Shown here piece after piece: positions 31,457 through 40,417 of a stretch of 64,000 nt of DNA. Under the pieces are notes generated by a model. That model was not told where the DNA came from. It saw nothing but the letters and a program-made list of their open reading frames with translations, and made no database searches. A program made the translations under genes and the position numbers. Each line of letters begins with the position of its first letter. Positions within the stretch are counted from its first letter, which is position 1. The DNA lies in the IMG/VR virus record IMGVR_UViG_3300047284_000378. One strand, written 5' to 3'. Source of the DNA: a virus.

Positions 31457-32371
31457 TTAATCTACAAAATGAAAAACTACTTCGGTAGTTTTTCTTTTGA
31501 CAAAATAATCTAAATCACTATCGGGATTGATAGACCCCACAGGAAATTCCAGAGGAGCGATCAGCTTATTATCTGTCACAGATTCTAGCCAATTTTGAAA
31601 TTCACAACTTTTATAAATTGCAGTTCGCTGGTCATCCAATTTTAAATCTAAATTTCCAAAAGTATAATCTATTCCTGATATCGCAGGAGAATTAGTAGAT
31701 TCGTCATCGAGGAAACTTTGATAAAATGTTTTTCCTAGTATTTCATTAGAAAATACTACATCATAAAATGTATCATTTTTTAGAGTACTATGATACAGGT
31801 CTTGTTCTTCTTGAGTGATTTCAAACCATAAGTCCAACCCGTGATCGTTTTGATCTATGTGTGTTTGTAAACGCTTATGTCCGTACTGTTCGGCACTGAG
31901 ATAATTTTTGGTAAAATCTGAATACAGTTCTAATTTATGAACCAATGAATTTATTATCTTCGATGATTCGGAAATAGAATTTTCCCAAGATGACGATTTA
32001 ATCCAATGGTCGGGGTAATGAGTTTGCAGGTAAAAATTTATACCGACGAATATGTTATGAACATCATTACACCAGCGTTGATCTCGATTGAATGTATCAT
32101 GTAAAGTGGGAAACTCAAATTGAGTTATATTTTTTTGTTTTAAAAGTTTTTTAAAATTTGAAATTTCATTTAATAACTGTGAATATATTTCTATATGCCT
32201 ATCGTCTCGAAGAACAATCGGTGCATGACCATATAAATTAAGTATTCCTTTAATAGGACATATTTTTTGAAGTTTTACACAATTATCAAACCAACGACGC
32301 AGTACCGAATTATCGAGCACATCAATTACTATCTGTGCATTTGAATCATTTGATTTTAGAATTATTTTCAT
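31457..32371 (-). CDS. Hypothetical protein (AT-rich)
   Basis: 304-aa ORF; TAAATA upstream on minus strand. Confidence 0.7.
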   Translation of the reverse strand: MKIILKSNDSNAQIVIDVLDNSVLRRWFDNCVKLQKICPIKGILNLYGHAPIVLRDDRHIEIYSQLLNEISNFKKLLKQKNITQFEFPTLHDTFNRDQRWCNDVHNIFVGINFYLQTHYPDHWIKSSSWENSISESSKIINSLVHKLELYSDFTKNYLSAEQYGHKRLQTHIDQNDHGLDLWFEITQEEQDLYHSTLKNDTFYDVVFSNEILGKTFYQSFLDDESTNSPAISGIDYTFGNLDLKLDDQRTAIYKSCEFQNWLESVTDNKLIAPLEFPVGSINPDSDLDYFVKRKTTEVVFHFVD

Positions 32372-32401
32372 AGTGTTATTTAATCACTAAATATTTCACC
32401 T

Positions 32402-32980
32402 ATGTACAATATAATAGACCACAACGAAACTTTTCAAAAATTTGATTTTAGTTCCACGATCAGTCAAAAAGATAATAACGAAGCCATAGGCATTATAAAA
32501 AATATTATCGCTGATGGGAATTACTTCACGAATAGCCCTAAGTTCCAAACTAAAGAAAATATTTTTTCTAGATCTGAAGCTATATGGTTAAAATACAGAA
32601 TGAGTTTCTTGTTCTCGGTGTTTATGTACTTAGGTCGTGAAGTAAAGGTCAGTAACATGATGGCCTGGTCATTCATGACTAATCTTGAGGGTGCCGAGGA
32701 TCGAGAAAAACTATGGCATCATCATTGGCATCCAACTCGCCCCGAAGCTAAAATGCTCAGCGGTATTTGGTATCTACATATACCAGAAGACGTGAAAGAT
32801 CGTGACTATTGCGGAACAGAAATGGCTCCAAATGGCATCAAAGAGGATGGCAAATTTTTTGTCAAACCCACCGATTACAATTGGTTGATATATCCCAGTG
32901 ATCGGTGGCATAGACCCGGTATCGTACAGAGCAACGATTACAGATTTATTTTAGCCGCGGACATCGAATATCTTCCTTGA
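32402..32980 (+). CDS. Putative 2OG-Fe(II) oxygenase-like protein
   Basis: WHHHWH, LSGIWYL, IYPSDRWHRP pattern of a double-stranded beta-helix fold. Confidence 0.6.
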   Translation: MYNIIDHNETFQKFDFSSTISQKDNNEAIGIIKNIIADGNYFTNSPKFQTKENIFSRSEAIWLKYRMSFLFSVFMYLGREVKVSNMMAWSFMTNLEGAEDREKLWHHHWHPTRPEAKMLSGIWYLHIPEDVKDRDYCGTEMAPNGIKEDGKFFVKPTDYNWLIYPSDRWHRPGIVQSNDYRFILAADIEYLP

Positions 32981-32987
32981 TTCAAAA

Positions 32988-33077
32988 GGAGGATGCAGCA
33001 AGATGGTTCTTGCACCTGTTTGGAAAACAGGCGGCTGGCGTTGGCTGGCCGGGGTTCGATTCCTCCTTCCTCCGCCA
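32988..33077 (+). tRNA. tRNA-Ser(GGA), 8/4 allo-tRNA-like fold
   Basis: 8-bp acceptor, 6-bp D-stem with 4-nt loop, 7-bp V-arm, 4-bp T-stem, G73. Confidence 0.8.
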
Positions 33078-33078
33078 C

Positions 33079-33107
33079 TTGACAATCGCAAGAAAAGACT
33101 ATATAAT
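33079..33107 (+). promoter_or_regulatory. sigma70-type promoter
   Basis: TTGACA-17-TATAAT. Confidence 0.85.
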
Positions 33108-33113
33108 AGTGTT

Positions 33114-33338
33114 ATGTATAAAGTAAATTGGAAAGACACAGCGGGTAGAGGCTGTGTGGAAGAAGTAAAAGATCTATCGGAAGCTCTGGCTTTCGCAAAA
33201 GAATTAGGTATACTGGTCACGATAAACGGTGACGGTATGGAATTAGTCGGCGTCTTTGGTGCAGATGAAATCAAGGACGGTAAATTACCCAACGGAGAAG
33301 CTTACAGCTGGTATAAAAGAAGATATGTCAAAAAATGA
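33114..33338 (+). CDS. Hypothetical phage protein
   Basis: ORF after promoter. Confidence 0.6.
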   Translation: MYKVNWKDTAGRGCVEEVKDLSEALAFAKELGILVTINGDGMELVGVFGADEIKDGKLPNGEAYSWYKRRYVKK

Positions 33339-33543
33339 TTTAATTGAATTAACAGGTAAGATCGAAGAAGTCTTGCCTGGCAGTATGTATAGAGTAAAAA
33401 TAGACAACATGCCTAACGTCATAACTTGTTATACGGGAGGCAAGCTCAAACAACACAAGATTAAAATCATTCTTGGCGATCGAGTAAAAGTTGAAGTCAG
33501 TGCCTACGATTTAACCAAAGGTCGTGTAACATATCGTTTATAA
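33325..33543 (+). CDS. infA: Translation initiation factor IF-1
   Basis: IELTGKIEEVLP...GKLKQHKIKIILGDRVKVEVSAYDLTKGRVTYR. Confidence 0.93.
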   Translation: MSKNDLIELTGKIEEVLPGSMYRVKIDNMPNVITCYTGGKLKQHKIKIILGDRVKVEVSAYDLTKGRVTYRL

Positions 33544-33552
33544 GGAGTTAAT

Positions 33553-34230
33553 ATGAAACGAGTGATTGAAATCCGTGCCGCAGAGGGCGGAGAAGATAGC
33601 AAATTGTTTGTCAGCGATCTCGCTCAAGCATACGCCAAACTAGGAACCAAACTGGGTTGAACTACCCGCCTGATAGATGTACGTCCTGGCGAGTGTTCAT
33701 TACTTGTTGAGGGCGTAGATTTATCCGGCTTAGACAATGAGCCCGGTGGTCACAGAATACAACGAATTCCTCCTACAGAGCGCAAGGGCCGAGTTCACAC
33801 CAGCACCGTTACCGTCGCTGTCATAGACGGCGAGGATGTCTGGACAACACCAACTATACATAAAAACGATCTCAAGATTGAATGGTATAGTGGTACTGGT
33901 GCTGGTGGACAACATCGAAACAAACATCAAAATAGCTGTCGCATAACACATCTGCCTACAGGTATCATGGCCAAAGCAGAATGTCGTAGTCGACAATCTA
34001 GCCTAGATTCGGCTGTGGCAGAAATACAACAGCGTGTTGACGCAGCAGCCAAAAGATCATATAATAATAGTATAGCGAGCAATAGAAAGAATCAAGTAGG
34101 ATCGGGTATGCGTGGAGACAAAATCCGCACATATAGATTCCAAGATGATACTGTACAAGATCACCTAACAGGTCAAAGAGCCAAGTGTTCTGCTGTGCTT
34201 AAAGGCAATATAGATTTACTTTGGAGATAA
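33553..34230 (+). CDS. Class I peptide chain release factor, RF1-like (lacks domain 1), with in-frame TGA at 33658-33660
   Basis: RBS AAGGAG; IEIRAAEGG, GGHRIQRIPPTE (PxT), GAGGQH, KIRTY; single frame across the TGA. Confidence 0.85.
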
Positions 34231-34232
34231 CC

Positions 34233-34742
34233 ATGCCATGGATTCAGAATGTAGCCTATGCAGATATACCTAAGCGCCATCATGTTGCTGTAGGTGAGAA
34301 TTCCATGTTGATCCAGATCGTCGATCCGGCCATGGAGTTTCCTAACCCCGCACACGAGTTCAAAGAAGTTCATCAGTTTGAGTTTCTTGATCTTGAACGC
34401 GATGACAAGTGGGGTGAGGAGTTTAAGATCACCGACGATCAGGCCGCAGAACTTGTTCGTCTATTGCGACATGCTCTAGATAAACATATGGACGTTATCG
34501 TTCATTGTGTCGCTGGTGTATGTCGTAGTGGTGCAGTATGTGAAGTAGGCGTTATGATGGGCTTTCGTGATACAGAAGCATATCGTAGCCCTAACTTAAT
34601 GGTCAAGCACAAGATGATGAAAGTCTTGGGTTGGACCTACGATGAAAACGAACCGCACACTATCAACGGTGTGCCCTTTGAATACGACGATCTAGGCAAC
34701 AAAAAGATTTGGGTGCCGCCACAACGTGAAGGAGATATCTAA
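34233..34742 (+). CDS. Protein-tyrosine/dual-specificity phosphatase-like protein
   Basis: VHCVAGVCRSG (HCxxGxxRS). Confidence 0.8.
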   Translation: MPWIQNVAYADIPKRHHVAVGENSMLIQIVDPAMEFPNPAHEFKEVHQFEFLDLERDDKWGEEFKITDDQAAELVRLLRHALDKHMDVIVHCVAGVCRSGAVCEVGVMMGFRDTEAYRSPNLMVKHKMMKVLGWTYDENEPHTINGVPFEYDDLGNKKIWVPPQREGDI

Positions 34743-35041
34743 TGGGTGATGAATACGAAGTCCCTAGCCATACAGTAGAAGCACTAGACAGATATTGGAC
34801 ACACGGTTACTCGCCAGGAAGTTTTCTCAGCAGTCTGCTCTGCGGTGATATCTATGGCGCTATCGGTAGAGCAGATCATTGGAACAAGGCTTCTCTAGGT
34901 CAGATTGTAGAATATATCGTACATAAGGCACCACGAGGCAGTTACGGTACACCGGATCTGTATCAAGATTGGATTAATCGGGGTGTGGCTTTTCAGCAAC
35001 ACGAAAAGAACCGTGTAGTTGACATTTTGAGCACACCATAG
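34742..35041 (+). CDS. Hypothetical phage protein
   Basis: Y...G--PGSFL-SLL--D...RAD. Confidence 0.65.
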   Translation: MGDEYEVPSHTVEALDRYWTHGYSPGSFLSSLLCGDIYGAIGRADHWNKASLGQIVEYIVHKAPRGSYGTPDLYQDWINRGVAFQQHEKNRVVDILSTP

Positions 35042-35047
35042 TATAAT
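35019..35047 (+). promoter_or_regulatory. sigma70-type promoter
   Basis: TTGACA-17-TATAAT. Confidence 0.8.
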
Positions 35048-35053
35048 ACAATT

Positions 35054-35458
35054 ATGGAATACGCCGTACAATCTCGAAGCAAGCGAACCCGGCAGTTCAT
35101 AGAGGGAGTACTGCCCTCTATGATAAAACAGTTGGGTTTAACACGTAGTAAAAAACTATTGTTTGTCAAAGTTGTTAGAGAACAACTCGACGATAATGAT
35201 GGATTGACCAGTAATTTAGCACAGTTCGGAGCTATCGTGATTTTACTCAAACCACAGAGCTTTGAAAAACTAGGGGTCACACTTGCGCATGAGATGGTCC
35301 ATGTAAAGCAAATGGCTAAAGGTACGTTGAAAACCGTTAAGGGTATAAATTATTGGAATGGTCGTAGATACAGTAAACGCACAAAGTATCTCGATCAACC
35401 GTGGGAAATTGAAGCATTTAGTAAACAAGAGCTCATCTTTAGGAGAGCTATAGAATAG
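35054..35458 (+). CDS. Zn metallopeptidase-like protein (HExxH)
   Basis: TLAHEMVHVKQ...QPWEIEA. Confidence 0.75.
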   Translation: MEYAVQSRSKRTRQFIEGVLPSMIKQLGLTRSKKLLFVKVVREQLDDNDGLTSNLAQFGAIVILLKPQSFEKLGVTLAHEMVHVKQMAKGTLKTVKGINYWNGRRYSKRTKYLDQPWEIEAFSKQELIFRRAIE

Positions 35459-35471
35459 AAAGGAGGGTAAA

Positions 35472-36077
35472 ATGCCTAGCGTATTTTTAGTTAGCGATAC
35501 GCATTTCGGACACGCTGGCGTTTGCCGCTTCACCCGAAATGACGGAGTTACGAAGTTGCGTCCCTGGGACGATCCTGCGGAGATGGACGAAGCTATGGTC
35601 AAGGCTTGGAACGAAAGAGTCAAGCCCACAGACAAAGTCTACCACTTAGGCGACGTTGTTATTAACCGTAAGGCATTAGGTACCTTAGCCCGTTTGAACG
35701 GCGACAAGGTCTTAATCCGCGGTAACCACGACATCTTCCGTGATGACGAGTACAGGCAGTACTTCAGAGAGTTACGTGCATACCATGTTATGAACGGCAT
35801 GATCTTAAGCCATATTCCTGTACACAGCGATAGCTTAGGTCGGTTTGGTGTTAACATCCATGGACACTTACACGCAAACCGTGTTCGTAAGGCTCGTGGC
35901 GTTGATGCTAGGACCGGTGAAGTGTTATACAGTGACGAGATCGATCCACGTTACCACTGTGTTTGCGTAGAACAAACTCCAGACTTTGCCCCTATCTTAT
36001 TCGAAGACGCTATCAAACGTATCGAAGCAGAAGGCGGTGAAGTAGGTTTTAGGAACGGCAACGGTCCTACTATGTGA
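35472..36077 (+). CDS. Calcineurin-like phosphoesterase
   Basis: SDTHFGH, HLGD, GNHD, HIP, HGHLH. Confidence 0.88.
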   Translation: MPSVFLVSDTHFGHAGVCRFTRNDGVTKLRPWDDPAEMDEAMVKAWNERVKPTDKVYHLGDVVINRKALGTLARLNGDKVLIRGNHDIFRDDEYRQYFRELRAYHVMNGMILSHIPVHSDSLGRFGVNIHGHLHANRVRKARGVDARTGEVLYSDEIDPRYHCVCVEQTPDFAPILFEDAIKRIEAEGGEVGFRNGNGPTM

Positions 36078-36094
36078 CATTAACTACGCACTTT

Positions 36095-36122
36095 ATAGGG
36101 CTCTTCGGAGCCCTATTTTTTT
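36095..36122 (+). terminator. Intrinsic terminator
   Basis: ATAGGGCTC-TTCG-GAGCCCTAT-T run. Confidence 0.9.
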
Positions 36123-36147
36123 GGCTATAGGTTCTGGAACGTGTGAC

Positions 36148-36154
36148 ATAAATA
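36148..36154 (+). promoter_or_regulatory. T4-late-like promoter motif ATAAATA
   Basis: Upstream of structural gene. Confidence 0.6.
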
Positions 36155-36184
36155 TATGAGCTTGGTAAAGTTTCGGAGTCAAAT

Positions 36185-37915
36185 ATGCCCTTACAAATTA
36201 AAAGAGGCCCAACAGCAGATAGAAGCACTTATACACCCGTACAAGGTGAATTGGTATTCGATACTGATGAGAATAAATTATACGTAGGTGATGGTGCTAC
36301 CGTCGGCGGTGTCGCCACTACCTCAATAAGTTTAGAAGATGCTGAACAAGAAGCAGCGTCTCTATTCACTACTGGTATACATACAGGTATTTCTTTTACA
36401 TACAATAATTTGGCTGGTAGGATCGATGCACAGGTCGCAGAATTTTTAGAATCAGATATTAAAGGATCAGTCTTTGCTGATAACAGTACACTACTTGTAG
36501 ATGGTGTATCAGCAACATTTAACCTAGACGGAACAGTCAAAGGTAACATCATACCTAACGCAGATTCTGCCTATGATCTAGGGAGTGCCAGTTTTAAGTT
36601 TAGAGATCTTTATCTAAGCGGAACTAGTATTCACTTAGGATCTGCTGTGATAACTTCAACAGGAACGGCTGTTGATTTACCAGCAGGATCAACAGTAAAC
36701 GGAAATATCATCGGTGCATCCGGAAGCGGAGTCGTAGAAGGTAGCACCTATAAGATCAATATCGCTGCCGATGACAGCAGTATCATGCTAGATACTGACC
36801 TAGAAACTGTCACTGCTTCTGGTGGTTTTTTTGGTAACCTAACAGGTTATCACACTGGAGATACCAAAGGTTCTGTATTCGCAGACGATTCATCTATCTT
36901 AGTAGATGCAGTCAGCGGAGTTATATTAGGCGATGTAGCCAGCCAAGAAATCAAACTAGGAACAGCCACAGCTTACAATTCACGATTCCATAGTACAATA
37001 CCAGGCGAGATAACCACAGATGTTACCGGCAGTATCGTTTATAGAGTAAATGCTCAGACCGTAGCTTTGGGATCAGAATCATACTCTTCTCGTCTAAATG
37101 TCTACGGTGATGGAGCTGTAGGTACCGTAGGTAATTTTTATACCGCGATCTCGGGCGGCGGAGCTCTTAGCAAGAGACTTGTGTTCTATAGAGCCAACGG
37201 TAGTAATGCTGCACCTACAGCCATAGCAGACTCAGAAAGAATCATAGACATAGATTTCAACGGATACGATGGTACTGACTATGTTACTAGTGCCACTATT
37301 CGTGCTATTGTCGACGGATCAGTAACTACTGGCAGAGTTCCGGGTAGTTTAATTTTCTTAACAGCAGATAGTACCGGTACCCTTCAAACAGGAATCAGAA
37401 TTGATTCGACCAACGGAGTAACCTTACAGGGTAATTTAACCGCAGATTCTGGTAGTGTTTTATTTTACGGATATAGTAATGCTCAGACTGCCAAATCATT
37501 AAACCTATATCGAGCCAGAGGTAGTAGAACATCTTTCTCAGTGGCCCAGGCCAATGATCACATTTACTCTTTAAAATGGAATGCCTATGACGGTTCTGCC
37601 TATCAGCAGGTTACACAAATCAGAGGTGAAATAGATGGTTCGTTGTTAGGCGGCGGAATCATTCCAGGTAAGCTAAGAATGATGACTGTTGATTCAACAG
37701 GAGTCATGGCGACTGCTATCGTTATCGATAGTTTACAGAATGTTCAAATTCCTAAGAGACTAACCATACAGAGCGGCGGAGTTTTGACCTTATCTGTATA
37801 TGCAGATTCTACTGCTAGAGGAACTGCAATTCCAGCTCCTACTGCAGGGATGGTTTGTATAACCGGAACTTCATTTACTTTCTATGACGGTTCTGCCTGG
37901 CAAACACTAACCTAA
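36185..37915 (+). CDS. Tail fibre / virion structural protein
   Basis: N-terminal LQIKRG...GELVFDTD--KLYVGDG (Mtd_N-like); internal GSVFADDS and RAxGS...YDG repeats. Confidence 0.75.
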   Translation: MPLQIKRGPTADRSTYTPVQGELVFDTDENKLYVGDGATVGGVATTSISLEDAEQEAASLFTTGIHTGISFTYNNLAGRIDAQVAEFLESDIKGSVFADNSTLLVDGVSATFNLDGTVKGNIIPNADSAYDLGSASFKFRDLYLSGTSIHLGSAVITSTGTAVDLPAGSTVNGNIIGASGSGVVEGSTYKINIAADDSSIMLDTDLETVTASGGFFGNLTGYHTGDTKGSVFADDSSILVDAVSGVILGDVASQEIKLGTATAYNSRFHSTIPGEITTDVTGSIVYRVNAQTVALGSESYSSRLNVYGDGAVGTVGNFYTAISGGGALSKRLVFYRANGSNAAPTAIADSERIIDIDFNGYDGTDYVTSATIRAIVDGSVTTGRVPGSLIFLTADSTGTLQTGIRIDSTNGVTLQGNLTADSGSVLFYGYSNAQTAKSLNLYRARGSRTSFSVAQANDHIYSLKWNAYDGSAYQQVTQIRGEIDGSLLGGGIIPGKLRMMTVDSTGVMATAIVIDSLQNVQIPKRLTIQSGGVLTLSVYADSTARGTAIPAPTAGMVCITGTSFTFYDGSAWQTLT

Positions 37916-37917
37916 TA

Positions 37918-39189
37918 TTATCTGATCCACTCAGCATGGAGTCTTTCGGTAACACCGACTGACTCCTTTTTAAAATTAATTTGTTTGAACCCGAATTCAG
38001 AGGAAAATTCTTGAAGCTTTTCCATGGTCCAGGGATAGAAATCAATAGCCTTGCAACCTTCGTGCTGATGATCTTTATATCCGGGATTAACTCTCCAATA
38101 GATTCGACCAGTATCTTTTAAACAAGATACGACTTTTTTTATTTGATTTCTGATATCGTCGTCAGATCCAAAGTTTATGCTACCGAAGCAGATAGCTACA
38201 TCAAACAGCCTATCCGGTTCATAGTTTTCTATGGTAGTAATAACATCTGCTTGATCGAAGGCTGGATCTATACCTATGACATTTTTACATAGATTTTTAA
38301 AGGGATTATACCCGCAGCCTACATCCAGTACCCACTCGTCGTCTCCGATCTGTGTTGCCAACTCTCTGTGAGTATAGTCAGGACACTCTCCGTAAATAGG
38401 AGACCATTTGTTAGCAAAATAATCATTCAACAGTCCCTGATCTAATGCTCTTTCTTTCTTTTGTAAGATAAAAAAGAATCTGTTGTTGCTGTCTTTTTTG
38501 AATGAAATCAAATTAAGATTATATTTCTTAGACAGTTCGTATACAGTTTCAAAATCCCAAGGAAAAATATCTACATAGGGTCCATTGGGCCACGAAATTC
38601 CGGGATTGGCTCTAAAATATATCTTGCCCATAGGCATTAGAAGTTCTACTAGTTTTCTAAATCTCAATTCTATCTCATCTCTTGAATTGAAATTCAAACT
38701 TCCAAATGCTATGATATGATCGAAACTTTCATTTTCGACTTTAAAATCTAATACATCGACCATATAGTCAGCACAATTATTGTAGGGATCAATACCAATA
38801 AGATTACTAACTCGTCCTTTGAACTGATTAAAACCGCAACCAAAATCTAAAACTGATTTAGGATTTTGTTTATTGATTTCTTCTACTATAGACCAACCTG
38901 TGTACTGATATTTTTCAGTATTAGGTTTCCATATTTCTCCGAAAAATCTCATAAGGTATCGCTGATCTAAATTTTTACATACCTGTTCTAGGGTTCCCGA
39001 TAAATCAATGTTAGATAATATTAATTGTTCTTTAATATGATTTTCAAATTTCTGTAATCTAGCAGGAGTCCACGGCAACTCTAACAATACAGTTGAAGTA
39101 TTGATTTTTTCTACTACTTCTTTGTACTTGGGTAAGCTAAAGGCTAGGTTTAGCTCGTCATAGAGTAATTTGTAAATTTTTTGATTCAT
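37918..39189 (-). CDS. Tandem double class I SAM-dependent methyltransferase
   Basis: Two domains, VLDFGCG...IGIDP and VLDVGCG...IGIDP, each followed by GS-NF and RxNPG. Confidence 0.8.
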   Translation of the reverse strand: MNQKIYKLLYDELNLAFSLPKYKEVVEKINTSTVLLELPWTPARLQKFENHIKEQLILSNIDLSGTLEQVCKNLDQRYLMRFFGEIWKPNTEKYQYTGWSIVEEINKQNPKSVLDFGCGFNQFKGRVSNLIGIDPYNNCADYMVDVLDFKVENESFDHIIAFGSLNFNSRDEIELRFRKLVELLMPMGKIYFRANPGISWPNGPYVDIFPWDFETVYELSKKYNLNLISFKKDSNNRFFFILQKKERALDQGLLNDYFANKWSPIYGECPDYTHRELATQIGDDEWVLDVGCGYNPFKNLCKNVIGIDPAFDQADVITTIENYEPDRLFDVAICFGSINFGSDDDIRNQIKKVVSCLKDTGRIYWRVNPGYKDHQHEGCKAIDFYPWTMEKLQEFSSEFGFKQINFKKESVGVTERLHAEWIR

Positions 39190-39301
39190 TTGACATCCTT
39201 GCTGGAATTATATACGTATTTATTTGCTATTTGTTTGTGCAATAAATTATTGATATTAGAAGATAAATACAACTGTTATCTTAATAAATTTGGAGAAAAA
39301 A

Positions 39302-39838
39302 ATGCCGAAACTATTTTTTGTCGTAGGGCCTATAGGTACCCATAGAGGAATCACGGTCGGTCTTATAGAACTATGCAAATCTCTAAATAAAACATTTTTT
39401 GAAGTAACTTTGGGTGCTAACAAAAATATAGCCAAGTACGGGTCTAGCCAACCAGATGTAGTAGTTACTAGGGTAGCTGAACACATGGCGGCCCCTACCG
39501 AAGATGTTATTATTTTTAATGGATTTAAAATAGCCGAACATATCGGATCAATATATCCGGTATATAAAGATAAGGCAACCTTTATATTTTCAAGAGAAAG
39601 ATTTCCTGGAAGTACTTCTGAAAGTTTAAGATTTCATAGAAAATACGCACCCGACGACGTAGTAGATAATGTTGTAAACAGTCAGAAAACGGCTATTGCC
39701 AAACTAGTTTCAGATCATAATCTAGACTTATCCTACAGATCAGTGAATTGGGATCAATCTATGTTCGAAGGCTCGGTCTTAAATAGCGAAGAAGGTGTTA
39801 CTGAAATTGCGGTTCTTGGATCGCTGAATTTAAGTTAA
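39302..39838 (+). CDS. P-loop/sulfotransferase-fold-like protein
   Basis: LFFVVGPIG N-terminal strand-loop; resembles 44152 and 60892 ORFs; ATAAATA upstream. Confidence 0.45.
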   Translation: MPKLFFVVGPIGTHRGITVGLIELCKSLNKTFFEVTLGANKNIAKYGSSQPDVVVTRVAEHMAAPTEDVIIFNGFKIAEHIGSIYPVYKDKATFIFSRERFPGSTSESLRFHRKYAPDDVVDNVVNSQKTAIAKLVSDHNLDLSYRSVNWDQSMFEGSVLNSEEGVTEIAVLGSLNLS

Positions 39839-40417
39839 AGTCCAAAGCCTTACTCGCATCGGAGTTTCGATAGATACTCCATCTTCAAAGTAATCTTTTA
39901 GATCAAAATCTCTCCAGTCGTCAGCACCTATTTGATCTGCCATGTTATCTAATGTCTGATATTCCTCGTCGAAAAGTCTAGGTAAGTCATTGGCAATTAA
40001 TTTAGGCTTATTAAAATTATAGGTCTTCATGATGTGCCTATCTCTTTTATATGGCTCTAGAAATTCGTAATGATCTTTTATGGTCTGCTCCATATCCTTT
40101 GGTTTGAAAAACCAAAATCTAGTGCCTTTGGGACTGTAAGGAACAAAATATCTCTTGATAAGATTATTTTTGCTGTCTTCCGCGAAATGTTGTAGTCCGA
40201 TATTTCCTTCTTGAGTTGTAGGATCATCGTATAACAAAGATAATATCACGTCATCAAATCCTACTCTGGTAATGGCGGTATTAAAAAGCCCTTTACCTAT
40301 CTTATGTAGAGATAGAGCAGGAGTTGAAATTCGCGGATCATTGCTCAATACTTTACGCATCACGTGGTGCGTGAGTCTTATTCCTATAAAAAAATTAATT
40401 CTCATCTTTCTTCTCAA
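39830..40417 (-). CDS. Hypothetical protein in enzyme cluster
   Basis: ORF track. Confidence 0.6.
   Translation of the reverse strand: MRRKMRINFFIGIRLTHHVMRKVLSNDPRISTPALSLHKIGKGLFNTAITRVGFDDVILSLLYDDPTTQEGNIGLQHFAEDSKNNLIKRYFVPYSPKGTRFWFFKPKDMEQTIKDHYEFLEPYKRDRHIMKTYNFNKPKLIANDLPRLFDEEYQTLDNMADQIGADDWRDFDLKDYFEDGVSIETPMRVRLWTLT

Noticed and set aside
33658-33660. Genome-wide UGA reassignment (code 4/25)
   Set aside because: Many well-supported genes end in TGA, often in ATGA overlaps (e.g. 7511, 13459, 17340), and there is no tRNA with a TCA, CTA or TTA anticodon in the window.
36185-37915. Diversity-generating retroelement target (Mtd-like N-terminus)
   Set aside because: No reverse transcriptase and no template/variable repeat pair seen in the window.
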